Below are positions 9,603-19,400 of a stretch of DNA of 55,045 nucleotides, one piece after another. The notes under the pieces are model-generated. The model was given only the letters and a program-made list of their open reading frames with translations. It was not told the origin of the DNA and ran no database searches. The position numbers and the translations under genes were made by a program. Source of the stretch: a virus (Duplodnaviria; Caudoviricetes); IMG/VR virus record IMGVR_UViG_3300006790_001053, positions 1 through 55,045 of that record; one strand, 5' to 3'. Within the stretch, counting starts at the first letter, position 1; each line of letters begins with the position of its first letter.

Positions 9603-10508
9603 TTATAACCAACTAGATGTGAATTTATGTGATATGTATGAGTTTTTTGTAAAAGGAACTTTGCCCCAAGAACCACCACAAAAAAAATCTGAAGGTAATA
9701 TTTTAATTTTATCTGACATATTATCAACAACTATTTTAGTAAAAGCTAGAGGACCACTTTTAGATATAACATTATAATGATAATCATCTCTATTAACATT
9801 AACTGTGTTTTGTTTTATATTTACTAGAGCATCTAAATTATCCATACAGGACATAAACATTTTTAAAAATATTTCTTGTTTAGGTTCCGTTATAATAAAC
9901 CATTGTGCTATCCCTAAATTTTTATAACAAATTTTTTCATTATTTAGTAAATTTTGATCAACTTGATGCCAATCATTATGTACTTCATAGGATAAAATAG
10001 TCGATGTATTTTTAATGTCTATACTATGTCCTAAACACTTTAATGTTTTCATACCTAAATCATAGTCATAATCTAACGCAAGACTATTATCACACACATC
10101 ACCACAAAAATCCCACCGATTATCTATAATGTTTTCATTTTTTTCATAAACAAATAAATTATTATCCCTATTTTCATCTCCATGGAAATATTTATAAGTT
10201 TCATCCAGTAAAGGATCTATTTTTTTTAGTGGTAAACAATCTAAATCAGAATAAATACCACCTTCTAAATAAAGTATTAGGTATCTAAATAAATCTGATA
10301 AAACAGCTCCGACACTTATTTTTTTAATTTTTTCTAAAAATAAAGGGTAATGTTCACTAATTATATCGTAGATATCAGAATCATCATATAAAATTATTTC
10401 ATAATCATCATAAAGTTCATAATACTTATTTAAACACTCCACCCATATAGGATTTTCTATTTTATTTTTATTAGGACATGTGAAATGTATTTTTTTGGGT
10501 AGATTCAT
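9603..10508 (-). CDS. GT32 / OCH1-like DXD glycosyltransferase
   Basis: LPKKIHFT, SDLFRYLILYLEGGIYSDLD and SGPLAFT motifs. Confidence 0.88.
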   Translation of the reverse strand: MNLPKKIHFTCPNKNKIENPIWVECLNKYYELYDDYEIILYDDSDIYDIISEHYPLFLEKIKKISVGAVLSDLFRYLILYLEGGIYSDLDCLPLKKIDPLLDETYKYFHGDENRDNNLFVYEKNENIIDNRWDFCGDVCDNSLALDYDYDLGMKTLKCLGHSIDIKNTSTILSYEVHNDWHQVDQNLLNNEKICYKNLGIAQWFIITEPKQEIFLKMFMSCMDNLDALVNIKQNTVNVNRDDYHYNVISKSGPLAFTKIVVDNMSDKIKILPSDFFCGGSWGKVPFTKNSYISHKFTSSWL

Positions 10509-10513
10509 TTTTC

Positions 10514-11257
10514 TTATTTTTTAGGTCTACCCTCTTTATCCAAGGTTATTTTTATATGTTCTATACCAGTAAACTCATTTACATCAGTGACCCAACCACC
10601 TTCCCACTGACCACTATATACGTGCTCAACGTGATTATCATACAACCAATGAGAGTCGTGTACATACATAACCTCATTTTTATATTCAATACAATACTTC
10701 TTCCTATCCCCACCAATAAAAGTGGTTAAATTATTTTTTCTTAAATAATCCTCAATAGATTCTGTAAAAACTTTAGGTCCAGTTAAGTTATGTACCATAT
10801 GTTCATACTTAAAGTCATCACATTCTTTAATTCTTTTAACAGACTCATCTATCACACTTTTTAATAGAGGACTCCCTTTGGGTGCTGCGAAAACCCATTG
10901 ACATAAAGCCTCGTCTTGTGGGTATTCTGTGGTTAATATTAAATCAGATTCTTTTTGAAATAGTGAATCTAAATCATTCCCTATGAATATTGTATCCATA
11001 TCAGCGTATATACCACCATAATGATATATAACACAATATCTCCATAAATCAGCTTTCATTATTGGTAATGGTAAATTATGGTAAACTTCGTATATATCAT
11101 TAAAATTAGCTTTCATAAAATCATCCGCCTTTTGGTCACTATAAAAAATATGTTCGTAACCATCGATATCCCATGATTGATAGCAATCAAATAATCTATC
11201 GTTGTCCATAACGTAGTCTATTGATTTATGTGTTTGATATATTTTTTTTGGTATCAT
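10514..11257 (-). CDS. GT32 / OCH1-like DXD glycosyltransferase
   Basis: IPKKIYQT, KADLWRYCVIYHYGGIYADMD and TGPKVFT motifs. Confidence 0.9.
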   Translation of the reverse strand: MIPKKIYQTHKSIDYVMDNDRLFDCYQSWDIDGYEHIFYSDQKADDFMKANFNDIYEVYHNLPLPIMKADLWRYCVIYHYGGIYADMDTIFIGNDLDSLFQKESDLILTTEYPQDEALCQWVFAAPKGSPLLKSVIDESVKRIKECDDFKYEHMVHNLTGPKVFTESIEDYLRKNNLTTFIGGDRKKYCIEYKNEVMYVHDSHWLYDNHVEHVYSGQWEGGWVTDVNEFTGIEHIKITLDKEGRPKK

Positions 11258-11985
11258 TTATTATATATTTTTTTATCTCTATGTAATTCTGAATAATGTG
11301 GTTTATTAGTGTCATGATATAAATATTTACCATGATTTATAGTTCTAGTTTTTATGATTTTTTTACTATCACCACTAAAAATATTTTCGTAACAAATAAA
11401 ATCATCATTACCAGAGTCATCACCAAACCTTTTAAACTCAAAACCTAATTTATAAATAATATCATTAGATTCTAACAATTCTCTAAACATAATAGGTCCT
11501 GTTGGATTAAAGGAACTACACCCATAATAATCTGATTCTATGTTTTCTATTATTTTTTCTATGGCTTTTAAATAAATTTCATTTTTAGGTTTTGAGGCCA
11601 TAAAAGCTATTTCAACCCCCCTCTTCTCAACACAAGGGATATAACCACCCTCAACTAATATGAAATCATCTTTTTCGAAATCTATAAAGGTATTTATGGG
11701 TTCAATGAATGTTTGTGTTAAATCACTCCAAATACCACCTTTTTGATAAAGTATACAATACCTAAATAAATCTGCTTTGTAAGCTGATGGTACTAACGAA
11801 TTATAAGCTTTTAAAACTCTATTATTAAAATTTTTTGTAATGAATTCTAAACATTGTGAATCATCAAAATAAATTAAATCACATTCTGGATTTTCATTTA
11901 TGGTTTTATTAAAAATAACTTTTATTTCATTTGGTAAGTTATCTTCACTAAATGGACCAGTTTTATATATTATGTTAGGAATCAT
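11254..11985 (-). CDS. GT32-like glycosyltransferase (DXD altered to DLT)
   Basis: IPNIIYKT, AYKADLFRYCILYQKGGIWSDLT and TGP motifs. Confidence 0.85.
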   Translation of the reverse strand: MIPNIIYKTGPFSEDNLPNEIKVIFNKTINENPECDLIYFDDSQCLEFITKNFNNRVLKAYNSLVPSAYKADLFRYCILYQKGGIWSDLTQTFIEPINTFIDFEKDDFILVEGGYIPCVEKRGVEIAFMASKPKNEIYLKAIEKIIENIESDYYGCSSFNPTGPIMFRELLESNDIIYKLGFEFKRFGDDSGNDDFICYENIFSGDSKKIIKTRTINHGKYLYHDTNKPHYSELHRDKKIYNK

Positions 11986-12616
11986 TATTTATTTTAAATA
12001 ATTGATTAAATATTTCAAAAAAGTATTCATTGTCCTCATAGTATCCATAACCTAAACCATGATTATCCCCTTTTGTGTATAATTCAAAAAAAGTAACATT
12101 ACCTATTTCTGTTATCTCATGTTTTAAGTCTTTATTGTTTGGGTAATTAATATGACATAATAAATGGTGGTTTTGAGTTATTTCCGATAAAACTTTATTT
12201 AGTTCAAAAATATCAGACATCAATGAATCATCCATTTTATTATCTAAATTCTTATAAGAACATATAAATAATTTTTTATCTTCTATTTTTATGAACTCCC
12301 TAAACCTATCAACACACCTAACATAATAATCGTAGTCTACCTTTTCTCTGGGGTTCTTATGGTTGAAAAAATTTTTATGATATAAAGAATGTCCTGCTTG
12401 TCTTCCTTCATGGTCTGGTACATAATCATGTATATCCACATAATAATTAGGGTTTAAAAAGTCTTGAAAATCGTTTTTTAATATCTCTGTGGTAAATTTT
12501 GGTGTAGTAAATAGCCAATCGAAAGGTAAGGCTCTGTCTCTAACTTTTATCATATTAAGTAAAGCTGCTGAAAAACAGTAATTACCTATTGAACAAGCGT
12601 GTTTAAATTGAGTCAT
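11975..12616 (-). CDS. DUF1796-like putative papain-fold protein
   Basis: SIGNYC...LPFDW...FNH...Y.RCVDRF pattern. Confidence 0.6.
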   Translation of the reverse strand: MTQFKHACSIGNYCFSAALLNMIKVRDRALPFDWLFTTPKFTTEILKNDFQDFLNPNYYVDIHDYVPDHEGRQAGHSLYHKNFFNHKNPREKVDYDYYVRCVDRFREFIKIEDKKLFICSYKNLDNKMDDSLMSDIFELNKVLSEITQNHHLLCHINYPNNKDLKHEITEIGNVTFFELYTKGDNHGLGYGYYEDNEYFFEIFNQLFKINNDS

Positions 12617-12635
12617 TTAAAATTTTTCTATATAA

Positions 12636-12645
12636 TATAAATATC
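12636..12645 (-). promoter_or_regulatory. Putative late promoter GATATTTATA
   Basis: 19 nt upstream of ATG 12616; heads the GT32 run. Confidence 0.55.
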
Positions 12646-12675
12646 TAAAAAATTTTGATTATTCGTTTATCATAA

Positions 12676-12685
12676 AATATTTATA
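12676..12685 (+). promoter_or_regulatory. Putative late promoter AATATTTATA
   Basis: 3 nt upstream of GTG 12689; back-to-back with the 12636 copy. Confidence 0.5.
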
Positions 12686-12688
12686 AGT

Positions 12689-13243
12689 GTGAACGATAAA
12701 ATAAAAAAATTACAGATACAAAAAGTAATACAAGAGTATAACTTACTAATTACCGATTATGAATTAAAAAATAATATGGTAGAAGAATATAGAGAAGAAT
12801 TTTTAAAAGAAACCTTCACTGAAGACAAGACCAATAACCAAAGTACAGACAGTACACCCAAAAAAGAAGAGGTTAAAATAAAAAGTGAAGAAATATCTAA
12901 AGAAACTAAAGATAAAATAAAAAAAATATATAGGGAAATTGTCAAACAAACCCATCCAGATAAGGTGGATTCCGAGGTCTTAAACAATTATTATTTAGAT
13001 GCAACTAGAGCTTACGACTTAAATGATGTTTTAGAATTATACATTATTTGTGAAAAATTAGATATAGATGTAGAAATATCTGAATTAGAATTAGAGTTAT
13101 TTGATAAATTGATAGAGATAAAAAGAAATAAAATAAAAAGAATAGAAGACTCTTTTATATGGGTTTGGATTAATGCTAAAACGGAAGAACAAAAACAAGA
13201 AATAGTAGATAGATTTATAACATTTTCTAGAAATAATAGGTAA
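12689..13243 (+). CDS. J-domain (DnaJ-type) co-chaperone-like protein
   Basis: IKKIYREIVKQTHPDK contains helix II and the HPD motif. Confidence 0.75.
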   Translation: MNDKIKKLQIQKVIQEYNLLITDYELKNNMVEEYREEFLKETFTEDKTNNQSTDSTPKKEEVKIKSEEISKETKDKIKKIYREIVKQTHPDKVDSEVLNNYYLDATRAYDLNDVLELYIICEKLDIDVEISELELELFDKLIEIKRNKIKRIEDSFIWVWINAKTEEQKQEIVDRFITFSRNNR

Positions 13244-13248
13244 TCAAA

Positions 13249-14043
13249 ATGTCCAAAATATTAACATACGAAGAATTTATAAAAAAACACAACAAGGTAA
13301 ACATATTTGTTGGGGAGATACCTAAAATAATATTTAGAACTGGTAAGTGGAAATTAGAAAACATACCAGATGTGGTCATGGATATATATGAGGAATGTAT
13401 GGAAACTAATCCTAATCACGATTTTGTTTATTTTGATGATGATAATTGTGTCACCTTCATCAAAGAATTCTATCCAGAATATATGTCATACTATAATAAA
13501 TTAATACCCACAGCTTATAAAGCTGATTTGTTTAGATATTTGTTACTCTACAAATATGGGGGTTGTTATGGTGATATGACACAAGAAATTTATGTACCAT
13601 ATGACGAATTGTGTGAGGATTTTGAAAGAGTTTTTTGTAGGGATAGTTTAAGTAATACCTTGGGTTTATATAACGCTTTAATGTGTGTAAAACCACTAGA
13701 TTCTGTGGTTTATGAGGCTCTAGAAATATCAAAAAAAAATATAGAAGAAGAAAATTACACAAATTGTACTTTAGGTATAACTGGACCAGTAGCTTTAGGA
13801 CAAGCATTTATGAGAGTTTTTAGAGATTCTACTGTTGGTCGTAATATTAAATTAAAAGAAAATAATGACTCATTAATATTAAATTTTAGGTTAGATAGTC
13901 AAGGTGAGAAAATGATTTTTGATGAAAGGAAAATAAAAGTTGTTGGTAAACCTAAAATTGAAAATCATCTTGATTTGTTGTACGATAAAAATAACATACA
14001 TTACCACTTCTTGTGGAATGATAGAAAAGTATTTAAAAAATGA
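13249..14043 (+). CDS. GT32-like glycosyltransferase (paralogue of 11254..11985)
   Basis: IPKIIFRT, AYKADLFRYLLLYKYGGCYGDMT and TGPVALG motifs. Confidence 0.85.
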   Translation: MSKILTYEEFIKKHNKVNIFVGEIPKIIFRTGKWKLENIPDVVMDIYEECMETNPNHDFVYFDDDNCVTFIKEFYPEYMSYYNKLIPTAYKADLFRYLLLYKYGGCYGDMTQEIYVPYDELCEDFERVFCRDSLSNTLGLYNALMCVKPLDSVVYEALEISKKNIEEENYTNCTLGITGPVALGQAFMRVFRDSTVGRNIKLKENNDSLILNFRLDSQGEKMIFDERKIKVVGKPKIENHLDLLYDKNNIHYHFLWNDRKVFKK

Positions 14044-15218
14044 AAATAGGAATAACATTAGGTTTAAAATCTAATACAGAATCAATATGGACTAACGGAA
14101 TAAAACAAAATGTCTTAATGTTAGTAGATTTATTAAAAAGGTCTAAAAAAAATTATGAAATATGTATACTCAATATATTTGACGTAGATTTTACAGAAAA
14201 ACCCTACTACTTAAAAGATATAGACATCTTCTATGTAAAAGATAAGTTTATGGAAATGGATTTAATAATCTCAATGGGAGGTCAAATATTAGATTCTGAT
14301 TTAAAAAAGTTTAGAGAGAGTGGTGACAAAAAAGTTGTTTCATATAAATGTGGTAATAACTATGTTTTAACTATGGAAGAAATACTTTTCGGTGAGAGTA
14401 AACATGGGGGTGAATACGAACAAGAAATAGATGAGTTATGGTACGTACCCCAACAAGACGAGGTTAATAGTGGTTATTATAGAACATTACATAGAACCAA
14501 CGCTCTTACAGTCCCATTTTTATGGAACCAAAAATATCTACACGAAAAAACAATAGAGATTGAGTCTGGTTTTAGAAAGGGTTTATATAAGAAAGGTTGG
14601 CAATACGACAACACCAAAAAAGAAAAAATAATTGGTATTATGGAACCTAATTTAAACATAGTTAAGTTTTGTTTAATACCTACTATGATTGTTGAAGAAT
14701 GTTATAGGGGTGAAATAGGTCAGAAATATATTGATAAATTAAGAATAACAAATGCTAATAAATTAAAAGATAATAAATTATTTATGTCATACATAAAAAC
14801 ATTTGATTTATTTAGAGATAAAAAAATATCTGCTGAAGCTAGATACCAAACAGCTTACGTCCTAACCCAACATCTAGATATCTTAGTTTGTCATCAAATA
14901 CTAAACCCACTTAATTATCTTTATTTAGATGCTGCCTATTTAGGTTACCCAGTTCTACATAACGCCTATATGTGTAAAGACTTAGGATATTACTATGAAG
15001 GTTCAGACACAAAAGAAGGGGCTAAAATGTTGTCTCACATACTAGAAAATCATGACAAAAATTTAGATTCTTATAATGAAAAGAATGATTTAGTCCTACA
15101 AAGATACCATACGGAAAATGAGAAACTAATAGAAGCTTACGATACTTTAATAGAAAATTTATGGAAAGGTGGTAATGAAGATTTAATATATAATTACGAA
15201 ACTAATTTATATAATTAA
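14040..15218 (+). CDS. DUF2827-like protein, probable GT-B glycosyltransferase
   Basis: SIWTNGIKQN, CGNNY, MEPNLNIVK and HQILNPLNYLYLDAAYLGYPVLHN motifs recognised as DUF2827-like. Confidence 0.7.
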   Translation: MKIGITLGLKSNTESIWTNGIKQNVLMLVDLLKRSKKNYEICILNIFDVDFTEKPYYLKDIDIFYVKDKFMEMDLIISMGGQILDSDLKKFRESGDKKVVSYKCGNNYVLTMEEILFGESKHGGEYEQEIDELWYVPQQDEVNSGYYRTLHRTNALTVPFLWNQKYLHEKTIEIESGFRKGLYKKGWQYDNTKKEKIIGIMEPNLNIVKFCLIPTMIVEECYRGEIGQKYIDKLRITNANKLKDNKLFMSYIKTFDLFRDKKISAEARYQTAYVLTQHLDILVCHQILNPLNYLYLDAAYLGYPVLHNAYMCKDLGYYYEGSDTKEGAKMLSHILENHDKNLDSYNEKNDLVLQRYHTENEKLIEAYDTLIENLWKGGNEDLIYNYETNLYN

Positions 15219-16330
15219 TCTATGTTTGGGTCTAAGTCCGAATCCATTCTAAATTTACTGAAATAGTTATCATATCTTTTTTGTGCTAGCTCTCTAATTT
15301 TTATTTCTCTTTCTTTAACTTCTTCAGAAACAATATCTAATAGTTTATCATATTCTTTCATCACATTTTTTTGACTATATTTACTATAATCTTGGTCTTT
15401 ATTGAATTTATACTCACCTTTGAATACTTTTCTTAAGGCCTTCTTATATTCACTATAATCAGTATCTTCCCATTTAGATTCTTTAGAATAAATCCATGTA
15501 TTGTCTGGGTTTCCTAATAAATCTATTTCTTTAGTGGGTAATAAAATTGAGTTTTCTTTATTTACAAAATCTTTATAACCACTGATTTTAGTATCTAAAG
15601 TGATTATATCTTTCTTTAATACAATAGCATTTAATAATGGGATACAAAAACCTTCCATATGTGATAAACAAATATAACAATCTATACCCCTTTCCAATGA
15701 GTATAAATACTCCTTGGGTAATCTCTTATTTAAAAATATGACTTCTGGTCTTTTTGGGTATTTTTTTAATATTTTTTTAATATCTAATAACCTATCTTTT
15801 GGTATTTCATTTAACTTTATTAATAACCTAACATTATCTTCTTTGGTAAACTCCTCTAAAAAATATTTTAATATACCTTCAATATTTTTCCTAGCTATAC
15901 CAGTAGATTCAGTATAAAACGTATATTTTTTTTCATCAAAAATACTATTGAAAAATCCATTGTCTTTTTTTAATAAGTCTTCATCATAGTAATTAGGTAT
16001 TACCTTTATTGGTTTAGTAACACCACATTCTTCTAGGAGTTTTTTATTAACACTAGAGGGGGTTACTATGTGATGAAATGTGTTGATGTTTGTTGTAATA
16101 CCAGAATTAATAACTGTACCATCCAAAGGTTGTATTAAAACTTTTCTATGAAAAATAAAATCGACAAAGTCGTGTATGTGGTTCATAATTAATATATCAC
16201 CATTAGTGGTGTTTACAACATTATATTTTTTTTTAAAATTTTCTTTTAGGTCCTCATTTATTTTTAATAAACTTTCACCTCTTCTGGACCATATCATTAA
16301 ATCTTGTTTTTTTTCTTTTTTCACAGACAT
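15215..16330 (-). CDS. GT4-like (GT-B) glycosyltransferase
   Basis: IVTPS, VIPN, RKNIEG and SHMEGFCIPLLNA motifs. Confidence 0.8.
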   Translation of the reverse strand: MSVKKEKKQDLMIWSRRGESLLKINEDLKENFKKKYNVVNTTNGDILIMNHIHDFVDFIFHRKVLIQPLDGTVINSGITTNINTFHHIVTPSSVNKKLLEECGVTKPIKVIPNYYDEDLLKKDNGFFNSIFDEKKYTFYTESTGIARKNIEGILKYFLEEFTKEDNVRLLIKLNEIPKDRLLDIKKILKKYPKRPEVIFLNKRLPKEYLYSLERGIDCYICLSHMEGFCIPLLNAIVLKKDIITLDTKISGYKDFVNKENSILLPTKEIDLLGNPDNTWIYSKESKWEDTDYSEYKKALRKVFKGEYKFNKDQDYSKYSQKNVMKEYDKLLDIVSEEVKEREIKIRELAQKRYDNYFSKFRMDSDLDPNID

Positions 16331-16340
16331 AGTTTTTTAT

Positions 16341-16350
16341 TATAAATATT
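16341..16350 (-). promoter_or_regulatory. Putative late promoter AATATTTATA
   Basis: 10 nt upstream of ATG 16330. Confidence 0.6.
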
Positions 16351-16369
16351 AATATATTATTTAATGTTT

Positions 16370-16404
16370 AAAATAAATATGGGGGTACTTTCATACCCCC
16401 ATAT
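16370..16404 (-). terminator. Rho-independent terminator after the coiled-coil fibre gene
   Basis: Perfect 11-bp stem ATATGGGGGTA/TACCCCCATAT (16377-16387 and 16394-16404), 6-nt loop, followed by TTATTTT on the minus strand. Confidence 0.85.
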
Positions 16405-16440
16405 CGTTTCCTCAGAAATTAATTATCTAATAATTAGATA

Positions 16441-19400
16441 TTAATATCCGTAACCATTATAAGATATTTCTGACTGGTATCGTACACCATAAATAGTGTA
16501 TGTATCAGTAGTTCTACCGTTATAGTTTAATTTGATAGCACCTACTGGTTCTCCAGCAGCTGGTTTAACATCCAATGAAATTGTACTTGTAGCTATAGTC
16601 CAATCCACTCCCTCAACAAGAAGTTGACCGTTAAGGAATACTTGAATTGTATTTTGTTTCTGTTGATAATTCATTTGGAATCCTATCATATCACCATTTT
16701 GGTTAAGAGCTGGACTCATTACGTATGCCTTTTGAAGGTGATTGTCCTCTAATCTAGTTAAGTGATTAGTTACCTCAGAGAAAGAATCCATTGCTGTGAA
16801 ATCTGTATTAGAGATTATATCAGTAATTTTAGATTCTAAAGAAGTATCACCCTCTTCTCTTGCAGTAACTTCATCAGCTAAATCAGAAGTTAACGTATCG
16901 ATTGAAGCTTGTAACGTAGCGTCAGTAGCAATCCTTGCAGACTCTTCTGTAACTAACTTAGAATTAACATCAGCTAATTCAGCGTCATGTTTAACCTCTA
17001 AAGATGTTACAGCTGATTGACGAGCAGTAATCTCATCAGAGACTTGTAACTCAACATCAGTCTTCGCACTTAAGATAGCGTCACTCATGTCAGTTCTAAC
17101 CGCAGTGTCAGCAGCTTCTCTAGCAGCAACCTCATCAGCGATAGCTGTATTGATTGAGTTAACAGCCGCTAATAAAGCGTTGTCATTCTCTAAATCAACT
17201 TCCTCAACGAAAGATACTATCTCTTTGAATTGGTCTAGGTCGATTGAAGCTCCAGATAGGATAGCGTCAATTCTTCCTTTTTCAACGTCAATGTTAGACT
17301 GTAAAGTAGCGTCAGCAGCAACTCTTGAAGATGCTTCAGATGATACATCAGAGTTAATCTTAGCAGTTAATGCTTCGTCTCCAGCAACTCTTAAAGATGC
17401 TTCAGAAGATACATCAGCATCAATCTTAGTAGCTAAAGATGTGTCAGCAGCTACTCTAGCAGATGCCTCAGACGACATGTCTGAATCAATCTTAGCCTCT
17501 AAAGATGCGTCACCTGCTTCTCTAGCAACCACCTCGTTTGACATATCAGTGTCAATCTTAGTAGCTAAAGATGCGTCACCAGCAACTCTCGCAGATGCTT
17601 CAGAAGATACATCAGCATCAATCTTAGTCTCTAATGAAGCGTCATTAAATAATCTGAAATCAGTTTCATTTGATAAATCAGCTTCTAAAGATGCGTCAGC
17701 GGCTTCTCTAGCAGCTTTCTCAGTTGATACGTCAGCGTTAATTTTAGCCTCTAATAAAGAATCAGCAGCTTCTCTAGCAGACTTCTCAGATGACACATCA
17801 GTGTCAACCTTAGTAGCTAAAGATGCGTCACCAGCAACTCTTGCTGATGCTTCAGATGACATATCAGAATCTAACTTAGCTTCCAGTGAATTATCACCAG
17901 CAACTCTAGCAGATGCTTCAGATGACATATCAGCGTCCATCTTAGTCTCTAATGAGATATCAGCAGCTAATCTAGTAGATGCTTCAGATGATACGTCTGA
18001 ATTGATTTTGTTCTCTAATGAACCTTCAGCAGCAATCGCTCTCGCTTCCTCAGCGTCAACGTCAGCAATTCTTGAAGATACCTCATCAGCAACAACTTGT
18101 GCTAATGAAGCTTCAGCAGCTAATGCTCTTGCTTCCTCAGCGTTAACGTCAGCAACTCTATCAGCAATCTCGTCAGCTAATTTAGTATCTAAAGAACCTT
18201 CAGCAGCAATTGCTCTAGTTTCCTCAGCGTTAACGTCAGCGATTCTATCAGACACCTCATTGTTTAATGCTGTATCTAATGATAATTCAGCAGCTTCCGC
18301 TCTAGATACCTCAGCAGATAAGTTAGCGGCTTGGTTTAAGTCGTTAGCAACTCTGTCAGAGATTTCGTTATCCAAACTAGTTTGTAAAGCTTGGTCACCA
18401 GCAGTTCTATCAACAATCTCTTGTGAAATTGCCGCGTCATGTGCTTGGTCAGCAGCTAATCTAGAAGATGCTTCACCAGCTAATGCTGTGTCTAATGAAG
18501 ACTCAGCAGCTTCAGCTCTAGCAACCTCAGTTGATAATGATGCTTCTAATGAAGAATCACCAGCGATTCTTGAAGATACCTCAGAAGATACCGCTGCGTC
18601 ATTTGAAAGGACGTATGCTGCAAATGCTTGGTCGTTCTCAGTATCAACAGAGTTGATTAAAGTAACGATTTCAGCGAATGAATCAGCGTCAGCAGTTGAT
18701 GCACTTAAGATAGCGTCAATTCTTCCTTTCTCAACATCGATGTTAGACTGTAAAGTTCCATCAGCAGCTATTCTAGCAGCTTCCTCAACACCAATCTTAG
18801 TGTTTAAAGAACCTTCAGCAGCAATTGCTCTAGCTTCCTCAGCGTTAACATCCTCAATTCTGTTAGATGTCTCAGCCGCGATAGCGTCAGCGTTAGCAAC
18901 CTCAGCAACCTGTGCTCTAGAAGACTCAGAATCAATATTAGCTTGAAGTGTTGATACGTCAGCAATATGTTCTGCTTCTAAAGTGTCGATGTTATTCTGT
19001 AAGGTAGTGTCAGCAGCTAATCTAGAAGATGCTTCAGCAGCGTCTCCAGCGATTCTAGCAGATGCTTCAGCTGATACTTCACTATCAACTTTAGCGTCTA
19101 AAGTGTCGATGTTAGACTGTAAAGTAGCGTCAGCAGCTTGTCTAGCAGCAACTTCAGTTGACATTTCCTCATCATGAGCTACTTGTAAAGTACTCACTTT
19201 AGCGTCTAATGATGCGTCTCCAGCAATTCTGTTAGAGATTTCAGATGACATCTCACTGTCGTGTCTTGACTCAAAAGTGTCAATGTTAGACTGTAATTGA
19301 TTGTCAGCTGCTGCTCTAGCAGTTGCTTCAGCCGTATCAGCCGCTTCTCTTTCTGACTTCTCGTTAGATACATCAGCATTAACTTTTGTAGTTAATGATA

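Noticed and set aside
9587-9730. N-terminal extensions in the ORF track (also 5770-5799, 28237-28254, 33821-33862, 36218-36229, 46548-46565)
   Set aside because: They overlap upstream genes or promoter motifs; downstream ATGs fit the operon packing better.
17087-18946. 619-aa + strand Ser/Ala-rich ORF and its neighbours
   Set aside because: Mirror frame of the repetitive fibre gene; its codon usage leaves the antisense frame stop-poor.
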